Origin: Salpingoeca rosetta
Taxonomy: Eukaryota; Protista; Choanoflagellata
Length of the DNA stretch: 63,227 nt
Assembly (NCBI GenBank): GCA_033442325.1
Contig: JAWQFM010000021.1
Span: 957,460 to 1,020,686, forward strand
Reading direction: 5' to 3'
The translations under genes and the position numbers were made by a program. The notes under the pieces are model-generated. The model was given only the letters and a program-made list of their open reading frames with translations, was not told where the DNA came from and made no database searches. This document shows, in pieces, positions 47,302-63,227 of this stretch; within the stretch, counting starts at the first letter, position 1; every line of letters starts with the position of its first letter.

Positions 47302-48054
47302 ACAACTATGTGGTAGACTTGAATTTTGTCTCACTTGACAATTCCAACGCATTCACCCCGCCACACTCACACGCGCGCGCGCGCGCATTTTCTGCACAGG
47401 TGCATCAAGCCCAACGACCAGAAGATCGCGCACAGCTTTGTCGGGGAGCGGGTGAAGCAGCAGCTGCGATACACGGGCGTCCTGGAGACGACACGCATTC
47501 GCCGTGACGGCTTCTCCATCCGTATGCCCTTTGCAGACTTCCTCAACAAGTACGCGACTGTGGCTGTGGCTGTGTGTGCTGTGCTGTGCGTGTGTGTGTG
47601 CTGTGCTGTGTGTGTGTGCGTGTGTGTACTTATGGTTGCTGCTGTTGTTGCCGTTTGTTGTGTGACACTCTTTGTATCCACTGACGTCTGCGGCGTTGCA
47701 ACATTACCACCACCCGTCCCCCTCATCCCGTCCTCCCTTCGCATCATCCCCTCTCCTCTTCCTCCACTGCAGGTACCAGACGCTTGGGTTCAAAGGCTCT
47801 GAACTGCGGGACTGGACGGAGGTTGAGGACACGAGCGAGCTCAGGGTGGCCTGCCAGCGCATCATCAAGCGATGCAGCCTCAAGGGCGCACAGCTCGGTA
47901 AATACACACATGCACACACACTTGTACACACACATACACACACACATGCACACACACTTGTACACACAGACACACATTGCCGCTCTGTGTGCGAGTGTGC
48001 CCTGCTTCTTGAGCTGTCTGTGCATGTTCGGTCTTTCCTTCACATACTACCTTG

Positions 48055-48103
<49 letters not shown>

Positions 48104-48666
48104 CGCACACATCCTTCACCTCTGTTGTGCCGTGGACACCAGGGCTGACGCTTGTGTTCCTGAAGTACTACCACGGCGAGAAGCTGATGCTGCTGATGGA
48201 GAAGCAGGTGGCGATGGCCACGGTGCTGACGAAGAATGCGCGCCGGCTGCTGGCTGTGCGCGCCCTGGCCCGCCTGAAGAAGGAGAAGGAGAGACGCGAG
48301 GCCGAAGAACGCGCACGCAGGGAGCGCGAAGAGGCAGAACGCATCGCGCAGGAGCGAAGTGCGTACTCACATGTTGTCGTGTGTGTGTGTGCGTGTGTGC
48401 GTGTGTGCGTGTGTGCGAATGTGTGTGTGCGAATGTGTGTGTGTGGTGTGTGTGAGGAGAAGTACTTGTTATGCATGCGTGTATGCATGTGTATGTGGCT
48501 GTTCTTCGCTCAAACACCATCATCCTCTGTCCAATTTTCCCCACCCCACCACACCAGTCCGCAAAGAGCGGGAAGCGGCTGAAGCGGCGGCGCGGGAAGC
48601 AGAAGAGGTCGCACGCCGTGCTGCCGCGGTAATGTCTTCTCCGCAGCTTGCTCTTTGTGTGTGTGT

Positions 48667-48703
<37 letters not shown>

Positions 48704-49375
48704 CGTGTGTGTGTGTGTGTGTGTGTTGCGTTCGCTTGTGGCGGTTTTGTCGGAGTACACGCGGCTTTGTGTTGAGCATGATTCGTCGTGGCGTTCGAGC
48801 ATGTCCTTGTTCTTGTGCCCATGGCAAGTCAGCGCCATCTTCCTGTTCTCACTGCACATGCGCAACCGCTTTGAATGCCAGGCCGAGGCCGCCACGCTGA
48901 AGCGCAAGCAGCTGCGCGACGCCCAGCTCGCCAAAGAGCGCGCAGAGGTGAGGCCGCTCAACTCCACATCTGTCGTGTGCTGTGTCAGTGTGTACGTGCA
49001 CACGCAATGATAGTAACTCTCATTCCTTTCCTCATCGTTACCAACACACACACACACACGCACGCACAACGCCCACACCGCACACCAACTGCCACAGGCT
49101 GCGCGCCAGGCTGCGCTTGCGGCGGAGGAGGAGGCGCGGCGTGAGCTCGAGGAGCGGGTGCAGCGGGAGCGGGCGGACGAGGAGAAGCGAGCAGAAGAAG
49201 AACGCGCACAACAAGAGGCAGAGCAGAGGGAGAGGGACGAGCGCAGGAAACGCCTGGAGGAAGAGTACATGAAGGCAAAGAAGAACAGCAGGCGGGACAG
49301 CATCGTCTCTATTGGCTCCGTCGTCGGCACCGTTGGCCCCAAACACGGCAAACGGCTCGGCGCAGGTGTGTGTGC

Positions 49376-49408
<33 letters not shown>

Positions 49409-52400
49409 TGTGCATGTGTGTGTGTGTGCATGTGCATGTGCATGTGTGTGTGTGTGTGTGTGCACATGTTGTTCATCCATGTTGATGAGCAAGACCACTT
49501 CGACGAATGTGACCACAATCACCTGCACCTTGCACCTCCCTCACCGACACGCCCCCTTCCCCACCTTCACTCTTTTTCCCCTCAACAAAACACGATGCTC
49601 GCGTGTGCAGGCGGCGACGATACGGACGAGGAGGATGGCGATGCGTTTGCGCTTGTGTTTGATGACGAGGACCTGAGCCCCGAGGAGCGCGAAGAGCTTC
49701 GTATGCGCGCTGCCGAGCGGCGCTTGGCAGAACAGCGGCGGCAGCAGCAGCTGAAGGAAGAGCACGAGAGGCAGCGCCGCCAGGAGGAGGAGGAACACAT
49801 GCGCAAGCTGAGGGAGATTCAGGAGTATGAGGAGCAGCAGAAGCGCAAGCGCGACGAGGAGCTGACGAAGGAGCTGGACGCGTGCAACGAACGTGTGCAG
49901 GCGCTCGACTTTGGCTCGTTTGCGTTTGGCGGTGGCGGCGGCGGTGGTCTGTTCGGCACCACGCCCACCGCGACGAAGAAGGAGGATGACGCCGAGGAAC
50001 AGAAGAAGAAGAAGCAGCAGCAGCAGCAGCAGCAGCAGCAAGAAAATGAAGCCAAGAAGAAGGAAGAACAGGAGGCGCAGGCGCAGGCAGCTGAGGACAA
50101 GACCTCAACAGCGAAGCGTGGTGGCGGTTTCCTGGGCCTGTTCAAGAAGAGCTCGCCTGCTTCCTCACCGCCCAAAACCAAGCCTTCCTCCAATGATACA
50201 GCCACACCAGCATCAACAACATCATCAACATCAACATCAGCTGCAGCTTCATCTGAGCGCGTTGAGCGCCGCAAGAGCACCAAGTCGCCTGTGCCTCCAC
50301 CGGTGAAGCCACGGCCGTCATCACAGCTCCGAGCAGCATCGCCGTCTCTCCTCTCGTCGTCATCGTCGTCGTCGCTGGCGTCGTCTGCAGCCTCTGCAAC
50401 AACAGCTGCTACAGCAACGCCCGGTGCGCCCGTTCCGAAACCGAAGCCGCGACCAAAGCCAAAGCCGCGCACGGGCCGCTCAGCCACAGTGTCCACGGGC
50501 GTGCCCACACCAACACACCGACCACAGCAGCAGCAGCAACAACAACAACAGCAGGGGCAGGCAGCAACAGCGGCGACTGCAGCGGCGGCAAAGGCGAGCG
50601 AAACATCAACACCAGCACCAGCACCAGCAGCACCAGCGCCAGCACCAGCACGGCGACAGACAACAGCAGGAGACGGCGCGCCGCGGAGGCGAAAGCTGGT
50701 GCGCGGCGGGAACAAGAAGGAAGCACCTGTGCTGCCGGAGTTCAAGCAGGCTGTCGATGCGCTAGCGGACCTGGAGAAGTACCTTGATCCGTGGACGTCA
50801 ACGGTGCGCATTCGCCCGTCGCGCAGTGCCCCGTCCGCTGTTGCCGTTGCCGGGCCCGTGCAGGCCGGGGCACACGCCGAAGACACGCGCCCAAGTGGTG
50901 ATGACAACGCTGGCAGCGCGAAGACAGACGATGCCGCAAACGAGAGAAGGCATGATGGCGACAGCAGCAGCGATGACAAGACGGATCGCGGCGGTGAGGG
51001 GCGAACGCCGCCACCGGTGTCGCCGAAACCAGCGCGGCGGGCAGGGCAGCTGTCTGCGGAGACGAAAGGGACGTCCACCATCTCCATTGGCGGCGAACTT
51101 GGGTCCTCATCCACAACGTCGCAGCCAGCGACACCGACCGTCGCAGCAGCAGCCACAGCAAGAGCCACCACCACAACAGCGACCACAGCAACAGCCTCAG
51201 GAACAACCGCAACAACAACCACAACAACAACAACAACAGCGACAGCAACCATGGCGGTGGCTGGGAGTGCGGATGAGCCGAAGCCGAGGCGACGCAAGCT
51301 GGTGCGTGGCGGCAACGCCCACAAGCCAAAGGTGCTGCCGGAGTTTGCGGACGCCATGTCCGCGCTGGAGGACTTGGAGTCACATCTGAATCCCTGGCAG
51401 AACACGGTGCGCATCAAACTCGGGCGGTCGCGGCCCACGGACTCCAACGAGAACTGCTCATCTACGGACGATGTGCCACAGGCCGGGCCCGTGGCTGCAG
51501 GCAAGGTGCCGTCGCCTCTGGCAGCGGCGCGTGCAGCGGTGATGAAGAGCGAGGGCGGCAGTGCATCCACTCATGACGGTGATGACGGTGATGATGGTGG
51601 TGATGGTGGTGATGGTGATGGTGCTTCGCGCCTGGATGCGGCGACGAGCAGTGCTGGCAGCGGAGAGATTCGCACGAACATCTTCAACCCGGCAGCGCAC
51701 ACGCACCAGCGCACCGTGTCCATGGACGATGAGCTGAGTGTTTCAGAGGAGAAGCCCATCCCACGACACCACGCAGCCACGTCCGCTGCAGCCGGCAAAG
51801 CGGCCAACGGCCCGACACCGTCAGCATCAGCGTCATCGTCGTCACCAGCGTCGGCAGCCAAGCCCGCAGGCCCGCGGAGGCGAAAGCTGGTGCGTGGCGG
51901 TAACAAGAAGGAGGCACCTGTGCTGCCCGAGTTTCGGGAAGCGATGGATGCACTGGCAGATCTCAACGGGTTCCTGGAACGGGAGGAGTCTGTCACAGAC
52001 ATGCTGACCAGTTCGACCGACAACGACGTCCTAGGAGGTGCTGTAGTGCCTTTCAGTGTGCTGCTCATGTGTCTGCTGTGCTTATGTCTGTCGATGTGTG
52101 ATCGCAGTGTTCGTACGTGTGCTTCGGTATTTTTTTTCCGGGGGGGGGGGGGCTTTGTGTGTTTGCTTGGCTGGGTTTCGCCTGCTTGTTCTATGCTGGA
52201 CTGTGAGTTTGCGAATGGCATTCATTATCTTTCATCTTACCCCTTGCCTCTTTGTCTTCTTCTTCTTCTTCTTCTTCTCTTCCTCTTCCTCTTCTTATTC
52301 TCTCTCGCACCCCGTCATTGCAGGTGTTGATGGGCGGCGGCGGACCAGCTCAGCCCGCAAACGCGCGACTGCCGAGGAAGTGGAGGCGCTCTCGGGCGTG

Positions 52401-52680
52401 CTGATGGTCTCTGGCTCGTCCGCCAGCAGCGGTGCAAGCAACGGCGCAGGCACCAGCCCGGACAGCCACCGCGCAGGCGCTCGCGGTGGCCATGACAACG
52501 CCGAAGGTGCTGTCGATGATGACGACGATGATGACGACGATGGGGAGGAGAACATTGACAGCAGGCAGCGGGAGGGCGTGTCCATGCGCAAGGACAGCAC
52601 GAAGCGCGGGAACCGACGCGCGATATCAGAGGCGCAGAAACTGGAATGGCGCAAATCAGGTCGGTGCCCAGTGCGTCTTT

Positions 52681-52763
<83 letters not shown>

Positions 52764-53255
52764 GCGTGTGCATGTGTGCGTGTGCGTGTGCATGTGTGCG
52801 TGTGCATGTGTGCGTGTGCGTGTGCATGTGTGTGTTTGCTCACACTGTTGCTGTTGTGTTGTTTTGTTTCTTTCACAGTTCGGAAAGCGTCCAAGTCATT
52901 GCGGCTGGAGCACGCCGACAACATGGGCGCCATTGACGTCGACGGTCAAGTGCTGCGACCCGAAGATCTCCTCTGTACGTTTGAGCTGCGCTGTGTGCGT
53001 GTGTGTGTGCGCGCGCGATGACGACCGTCATGCATGCCACTGCCCTCCTTTCTTACGCCACTCCCCTTGCGTTCCTGCATTCCTGCGTGTCTCCTGCAGC
53101 GCTGGATGAGAGCCGCCGCGTTGCGCTGCTCAACCTCGTCAAGCGTGGCGAACTCACCGTGCAGGAGGCCTTGGCTCATGTGAGTCCATATATGTGTGGG
53201 TGTGCGTTTACGTCTGTGTACACGTGTGCATGTGTGTGGTGGGGTTGTGTCTGTA

Positions 53256-53286
<31 letters not shown>

Positions 53287-53436
53287 GTGTGTTCTGGATT
53301 GCCTTGTGTGCTTAACTGCGTTGTTCGTTTTGATTCGTTGAGTCGCCGCTGACACAACCGCCTCCATCACACGCGCTGTTCCGTTCCATCACAGGTTGCG
53401 GAGACGAAGCAGAGGAGCAACTGCGTTCTTCAGTGA
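42234..53436 (+). CDS. Unconventional myosin, class III-like motor without N-terminal kinase; IQ-like motif, charged helical neck, low-complexity tail with three internal repeats, C-terminal CaaX
   Basis: [16 protein letters not shown]-loop [81 protein letters not shown]. Last exon 53395-53436 [13 protein letters not shown]. Confidence 0.92.
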
Positions 53437-54281
53437 TTGTTGTGGCTAGCTAGCTTGATGTCACCTCCACCAAACCGCACCCACTTCACATACACACACA
53501 CACACTTTACATACACACGCACTTTTCGCTCATTCCCTGTCGCGTTTTGTTGACTTTGCCACCACGGTTACTTTAGTGTTTTGTCGTCCTTTAACTGCTT
53601 CTCTTGCCACTCTCCATCGTTCATCCTTGCTTCTCTGTTACGTTTCCACCTCACCTCAAGCGCAAGCACGCAAGCAGGCCGGCGCTTTGCTTGGTCTGGT
53701 TCGCTTTCTTTCCTCACCCTCCCTTCACAGACAAACGCAGCGAGCAGGTGGTGGTTGTTGGCAACACGTGCTGTTAATGTTAAACGCTGGCTGGACTTGG
53801 TGCTTGGTGCGTGCTTGTTTATGTGACTCAGACACTGTGAAAACAAGAGGTAACGAAATGAAATTGACACCACACATGCAAGGAAGCAGTGAGGGCGGAA
53901 GAAAGCACGAAAGAAAGGCAGGGGCAAAGCAAGTGGGGGCAAGTGGGCGCAATCAACACAAGGGGCCAAGCCAAGCATGAACACACGCATGACATTGACA
54001 CAGGGAAGCGAGGTAACGCGAATGGAACAAAGGTTGGACAACAGCAAGAGGCAGAGCAAGAGCTAACAAAAGAGTTGCCCAACAGCAACAACAACAAGAA
54101 CACGCACACACACATGCAAGCACGCAGGGGAGATTAGGGAGAAAGGATGAAATTCAAAAAGCAAGGGGCAGAGCAAGTACAGCAATAAGCAAAAGGGTCA
54201 GCAAAGAACTCACACACGCGCGCACACACACACACACTCATACGCACTCATACACACTCATACAAGGAAGGCAATCATCGG

Positions 54282-55415
54282 TCAGTGGACAAGTGTGTCG
54301 TGCGTGATGGGCGGCTGTGCGAGGTCGGGATCGCTGGTGTCGGTGGGCCACTCCTCGCCAAGCAAGAGGGCGTTGATGCGAGGCGTGCGCGTCGGGCGCA
54401 GCTGCTCAATGTCGTAGGCCTCTTTGGGGTTTTCCGAGACGCGCGCCAGCAGCGCCGTGTCCTCGCTCGTGCTGCGGCGAACGGGCAGCGAGAACAAGGA
54501 AGAGCCCCAATGCGGGGTGACCCGGTTTGTCTCAAACGCCTTCTCCAGCACCTCGGTGTGCTCGTGCGTGACGTCCTCGCGTGGGCGGTGGCAGACATAC
54601 ACGACGCCGCGCCACTGCGACCAGGGGTCACTGCGGTCAATGGGCGCGCCCTCGTCCTGGCCCTTGGCAGAGTGCACGAGGGAGGAGAGCCAGAGGATGA
54701 GGCTGCCCTTGTTGGTGTGGACGCACGTCTGAAACGCGCCGCCCTCGTCGCACACGCGCGTCTTGATGTCATCCAGGGTCTGGCGGGTGAAGAGGTGAAA
54801 GTCGCCGACGACCTTGCGGCCGCCCGCACGCTCCGCGTCAAGAAACTCCTGCATGTGGGTGTGGGACTTTGGGGAGCAGCGGAAGGCGGCGGTGGTGTTG
54901 GTGAGCACGACCTGGCCCTGGATGCACTTGGAGATGTTGTCAATGTCGTGGGTTTGGTCGACGTGGGCCCAGTCGCGGTCTGGGTTGTGAAAGGGGGCGG
55001 TGGGCGGCTTGACGTTGATGCCGTCGCAGCTGGTGACGAAGCGGGTGATCTCGCGCCCGCGCAGGCCGCTGTAGGCGTGCTGGAAGACGGCGCGCACGCG
55101 GTCGTCGCTGCGGATGCGCCAGACAATGGGGAACTGGGCCACCAGGCTGTGGTACATGCCAACGGTGGGAGGGCCGGACGGCAGGTTGCCGCGCTGCCAC
55201 GATTCCGGGTCGCGCGTGACGGCCGGGCACAGGGCATGGAAGGAGTCGAAGAGGTGCTCCATGGTGGCGTCGCATTCGGCGGCAGAAAGGACATTCTCCA
55301 CCACCACAACGCCGTCTGACCGGAGGTGCCGGGTCACCTCATCCCGTAGGTTTGGGTGCGTGAAATCGACACGCGGAACCGTGTCCTTGCACGCTGCACA
55401 CGGTGCTGTTGGCAT
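54282..55415 (-). CDS. Phytanoyl-CoA dioxygenase (PhyH)-like 2OG-Fe(II) oxygenase, intronless
   Basis: DGVVVVENVLSAAEC N-terminal motif, HxD (WAHVDQ), CIQGQVVL, GSLILWLSSLVH (distal His), WRGVVYVC (2OG-binding Arg). First ATG at 55415. Confidence 0.8.
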   Translation of the reverse strand: MPTAPCAACKDTVPRVDFTHPNLRDEVTRHLRSDGVVVVENVLSAAECDATMEHLFDSFHALCPAVTRDPESWQRGNLPSGPPTVGMYHSLVAQFPIVWRIRSDDRVRAVFQHAYSGLRGREITRFVTSCDGINVKPPTAPFHNPDRDWAHVDQTHDIDNISKCIQGQVVLTNTTAAFRCSPKSHTHMQEFLDAERAGGRKVVGDFHLFTRQTLDDIKTRVCDEGGAFQTCVHTNKGSLILWLSSLVHSAKGQDEGAPIDRSDPWSQWRGVVYVCHRPREDVTHEHTEVLEKAFETNRVTPHWGSSLFSLPVRRSTSEDTALLARVSENPKEAYDIEQLRPTRTPRINALLLGEEWPTDTSDPDLAQPPITHDTLVH

Positions 55416-56109
55416 TCTGTTCAATTGGTGAGTGAGCACAGAGAGAGGTGGGGAAGGGAGGGGAAGGGAAGGGGTGCGTGCGTGTGAGTGGGTGTGGCGA
55501 CGATCGAGGGTGAATCAGTGCAAGGTGGGGCGTGTGCGAGAGTGGAATGAAATGAAAGCGGGGTGGAAGGGCAAAAGGAAAGGCACTGACAGTGGTGAGT
55601 CAGCAGGGAACAAAAATACAACCAACAACGCACAAAAAAAGAGAGAGAAGAAAGTTACGCTTGTTGCACACAACACAACAACGAAGAGTGTGGGGCGGGT
55701 TCGATGCGCTGACAGCACGGGAAGAAAAGAGGGCTGGCAACACTGGAGATCGCTCCATTGTGGGTTGATTTCACTGATATGCTTAACATGTCAGGGCGTG
55801 GGGATACCGCCAAAGACAGACATGCTCGAATGCACAGTTTGGACAGAGGAAGGAAGGGGGGAGAGGACAGGGAGAGGGGAAGAAGAACGAGAGCAGGAAG
55901 AAGAACGAGGCTTACCATCTTGGTTGGTTCGTTGCACACGCGTGCGTGCGTGTGTGCTGCTGTGTGAAAACTTGTGAATGCGGAGTGGAAACTTGTGTAA
56001 GTTGCATGTGCAATTGTCATCTGCAATTTGCAACGCGAGCGAAATTGTCAAGCAAGGGCAGGACAGAAAGTGAAACGACGACGGTTTTCATTTTCGCGTT
56101 GTGCTGCTG

Positions 56110-59018
<2,909 letters not shown>

Positions 59019-59386
59019 AACGCCTGCTGAATTTCCTGCAATATCTTTTGTTTATTTTCTCCCACTCCTATTTTTGGACACCGCGGTCCTCCGTTTTTTT
59101 TTTTTTTGTGCTGAGTCAGTCACCGCCCACACCCAACACACTGGCAACACACAGACAGCCAACGCAGCAATGCCGTCGTCCTCCTCTGCGTCTGCATCTG
59201 GTGCACGAACAAACACACTCATGAGCGGTGTGGTGGCTTGATGTGGTTGCATTTATTCTCACCACAAGTGATCTTCCCTCCCCCCTCCCCTTGGCACCGC
59301 CCCAATCAATACGCAGGCTAAGTGCTTTCATCACACGCGTTGTGAACACCACACAGCCACAATAAGACCACTTCAACAAACCAACC

Positions 59387-60540
59387 ATGCACCGGTCATC
59401 CTCCTTGCCTTGCCTGCACGCGCACGCTGAGGCGCAGACGTCACACCAACAACAACAACAACGGGCAGTCATCCGGCTTCGGTGCCCGTCTGTGGCAGAC
59501 TCCCGCCCCCACAGCCTGCACTACCCACGATCGCCTTCGCCAACCAAGGCCGTCGCCACCGCCCAGAACAAGAAGCCGCAGCCCACCGGCTGCTATCACC
59601 ATTTTGACATGCACGCGCAGCAGCATCGCAAGCAGGCCCCCTTCCTGAGCAGGATGCGGTCCACACACACCTGCGACGCGTGCCCCGACAGCAACGACGC
59701 TCTGCAACAAGAACGGCTGCAGCTCGAGCAGGAGCGACGAACAGAGGAGGAACAGCACCAGCACCAGGAGGAACAGGAACAGGAGCAGCACAGCCAGCAG
59801 GTCATCACCATCACGCCGCCCAGCGCACATGTGAGTTCGTCCAGCATCCGCAGCGCAGCAACCTGCGACTGCAGCAGCAGCAGCAGCAGCAGCACCTCAG
59901 ACACTGCCAGCGCAGCGTCGTCCACCGCATCAACGCCAACCCGCGGATCCACCGTCAGCCTGCACCCGCCGCTTGAGCACCACCACCGCGGNNNNNNNNN
60001 NNNNNNNNNNNNNNNNNNNNNNNNNNNNNNNNNNNNNNNNNNNNNNNNNNNNNNNNNNNNNNNNNNNNNNNNNNNNNNNNNNNNNNNNNNNNNNNNNNNN
60101 NNNNNNNNNNNNNNNNNNNNNNNNNNNNNNNNNNNNNNNNNNNNNNNNNNNNNNNNNNNNNNNNNNNNNNNNNNNNNNNNNNNNNNNNNNNNNNNNNNNN
60201 NNNNNNNNNNNNNNNNNNNNNNNNNNNNNNNNNNNNNNNNNNNNNNNNNNNNNNNNNNNNNNNNNNNNNNNNNNNNNNNNNNNNNNNNNNNNNNNNNNNN
60301 NNNNNNNNNNNNNNNNNNNNNNNNNNNNNNNNNNNNNNNNNNNNNNNNNNNNNNNNNNNNNNNNNNNNNNNNNNNNNNNNNNNNNNNNNNNNNNNNNNNN
60401 NNNNNNNNNNNNNNNNNNNNNNNNNNNNNNNNNNNNNNNNNNNNNNNNNNNNNNNNNNNNNNNNNNNNNNNNNNNNNNNNNNNNNNNNNNNNNNNNNNNN
60501 NNNNNNNNNNNNNNNNNNNNNNNNNNNNNNNNNNNNNNNG

Positions 60541-60605
<65 letters not shown>

Positions 60606-61751
60606 TGTACATTGCGTTGACCTCGCCGTTGAGCGTTACTGCACGCCATCTCTTGTGAACCCTTTGCATACTCCACCTCACACTCACCATCGCCCTGTTC
60701 CTTGTCATTGCATGTACAGAATGGTCGCAATGCGCACGGGAAACAGCTCTTCCCGAAACCCTCCGAGCTCAAGTACCAGTGCAACACCCCGCTTATGTGG
60801 GCAAAGCGCGTGGGCGTGGTCACGTTTGCTGTTCCCGCCGTTGTCGGTGGTGGCGCGCTGGCGCTCGCAGGCGGTGCTGTGCTCATTCCCTCGCTCGCCA
60901 TCGGCCGCTACGTGAAGAACGTGAAGCGGCGGCGGGCTGCGCGGCGACGCAGGCAACAGCAGCGGCACCGGGTCGCCTATGAACACATGTCCATGGAGCA
61001 AGCCATGTGCAAGGCGCTGCGCGGTGACTCCCGGTGCCTGCACTGTGAGCGCAACGTCAACTGCACCCACCCGCACCAGGCCGGGGAGCGGTGCGGCCTG
61101 TGCCTCCACTACATCTGGGACAACACGTGCGCACATTTCTACGGCCACGATGGCACCTGCATCTTCTGCCACGTGCGGCAGGACCCTCCAGCAGACACCA
61201 GCACAGCGAGCAATGGTAACGCTGACAGCGACAGCGACAGTGACAGCCATACTCATCATTCAATGACCAGCAGCAGTAGTAGCAGTGAGGACGAAGACGA
61301 GGAGGAGAATTGGACGGACTGGGGCAGCATGGACACCGTGATCATCCACGCAGACGACGACGACGACGACGACGACAACGGGGATGCTGTATCTGCTGCC
61401 AATGGAGATGAAGTAGAAGAGAAAGAACAAGAAGTAGAAGGGCAAGAAGTCGCGGGACGAGGGCACGATGATGATGATGATGAGGAGGAGGAGGAGGAGG
61501 AGGAGGAGGCTGTTCAGCAGGAAGCGGATGATGATGAGGAGGAGGAGGAGGAGGAGGAGGAGGAGGCTGTTCAGCAGGAAGAGGAGGAAGCAGACATGGA
61601 GCAAGTGCGTGAGGTGGTGGAAGAGCAAGCGCGGCAGCAAGATGCAGTGGCCATTGTTGTCGAGCACGACACTGACGATGACGCTGATGATGAGGGAGAA
61701 CACAGTGGTGATGAAGTAGAGGTGAAGCAGGAGGCACATGCGCGTATTTGA
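59387..61751 (+). CDS. Uncharacterised protein with TM hairpin, Cys/His-rich segment and acidic tail (middle hidden by gap); possibly RBR-E3-like
   Basis: Open frames on both sides of the gap. Hydrophobic VGVVTFAVPAVVGGGALALAGGAVLIPSLAIG followed by basic KRRR. CLHC..C..H..CGLC..C.H..CIFC cluster. Start position uncertain. Confidence 0.5.
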
Positions 61752-61863
61752 ATGACATTGTTTCATTGACTTGAGTAAACAAACAACAACCCGCAAGGGA
61801 AAAGTAACAGTATCAAGCGGAACGACACTACAACCACCACTGCCGCCAACAACAGCGGGCACA

Positions 61864-63140
<1,277 letters not shown>

Positions 63141-63142
63141 CG

Positions 63143-63225
<83 letters not shown>

Positions 63226-63227
63226 AA

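Noticed and set aside
49819-51570. 583-aa antisense ORF over the myosin tail (and similar antisense ORFs over the lipase and PhyH genes)
   Set aside because: Shadow ORFs from GC-rich codon usage of the sense gene, with no recognisable motifs.

Overview
Intron-rich eukaryotic genomic DNA with abundant (CA)n/(TG)n microsatellites and four N gaps. Intron style and gene content suggest a choanoflagellate such as Salpingoeca; this is inference, not a search result. About 12 protein-coding genes can be read: NOA1/YqeH-like GTPase (partial), class-3 lipase, TTC30/IFT70, rhodanese, an LRR-coiled coil-TKL kinase-PARP fusion, an NBEAL-type BEACH protein, MORN4, a kinase-less myosin-III-like myosin ending in CaaX, a PhyH-like 2OG-Fe(II) dioxygenase, a cathepsin-B-like protease, an acidic Cys/His-rich membrane protein and an AP endonuclease (partial). 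The standout lies between exon 1 and the 63-nt LRR exon of the LRR-kinase-PARP gene. A tandem array of nine ~500-bp units (16450-20850) carries, in each unit, a single 3-nt candidate microexon (AG|CNN|GTACGT on the minus strand; one copy has a dead TT donor), and a tenth unique one sits upstream. The triplet varies between units while its flanks are conserved. All are phase-2 and frame-neutral, and seven of them exactly complete the 63-nt exon to the 84-nt length of the next LRR exon. The ligand-facing segment of the first LRR therefore appears to be encoded one codon per repeat unit, a possible diversification system for an immune-like receptor. Splicing of these microexons is predicted from sequence only.
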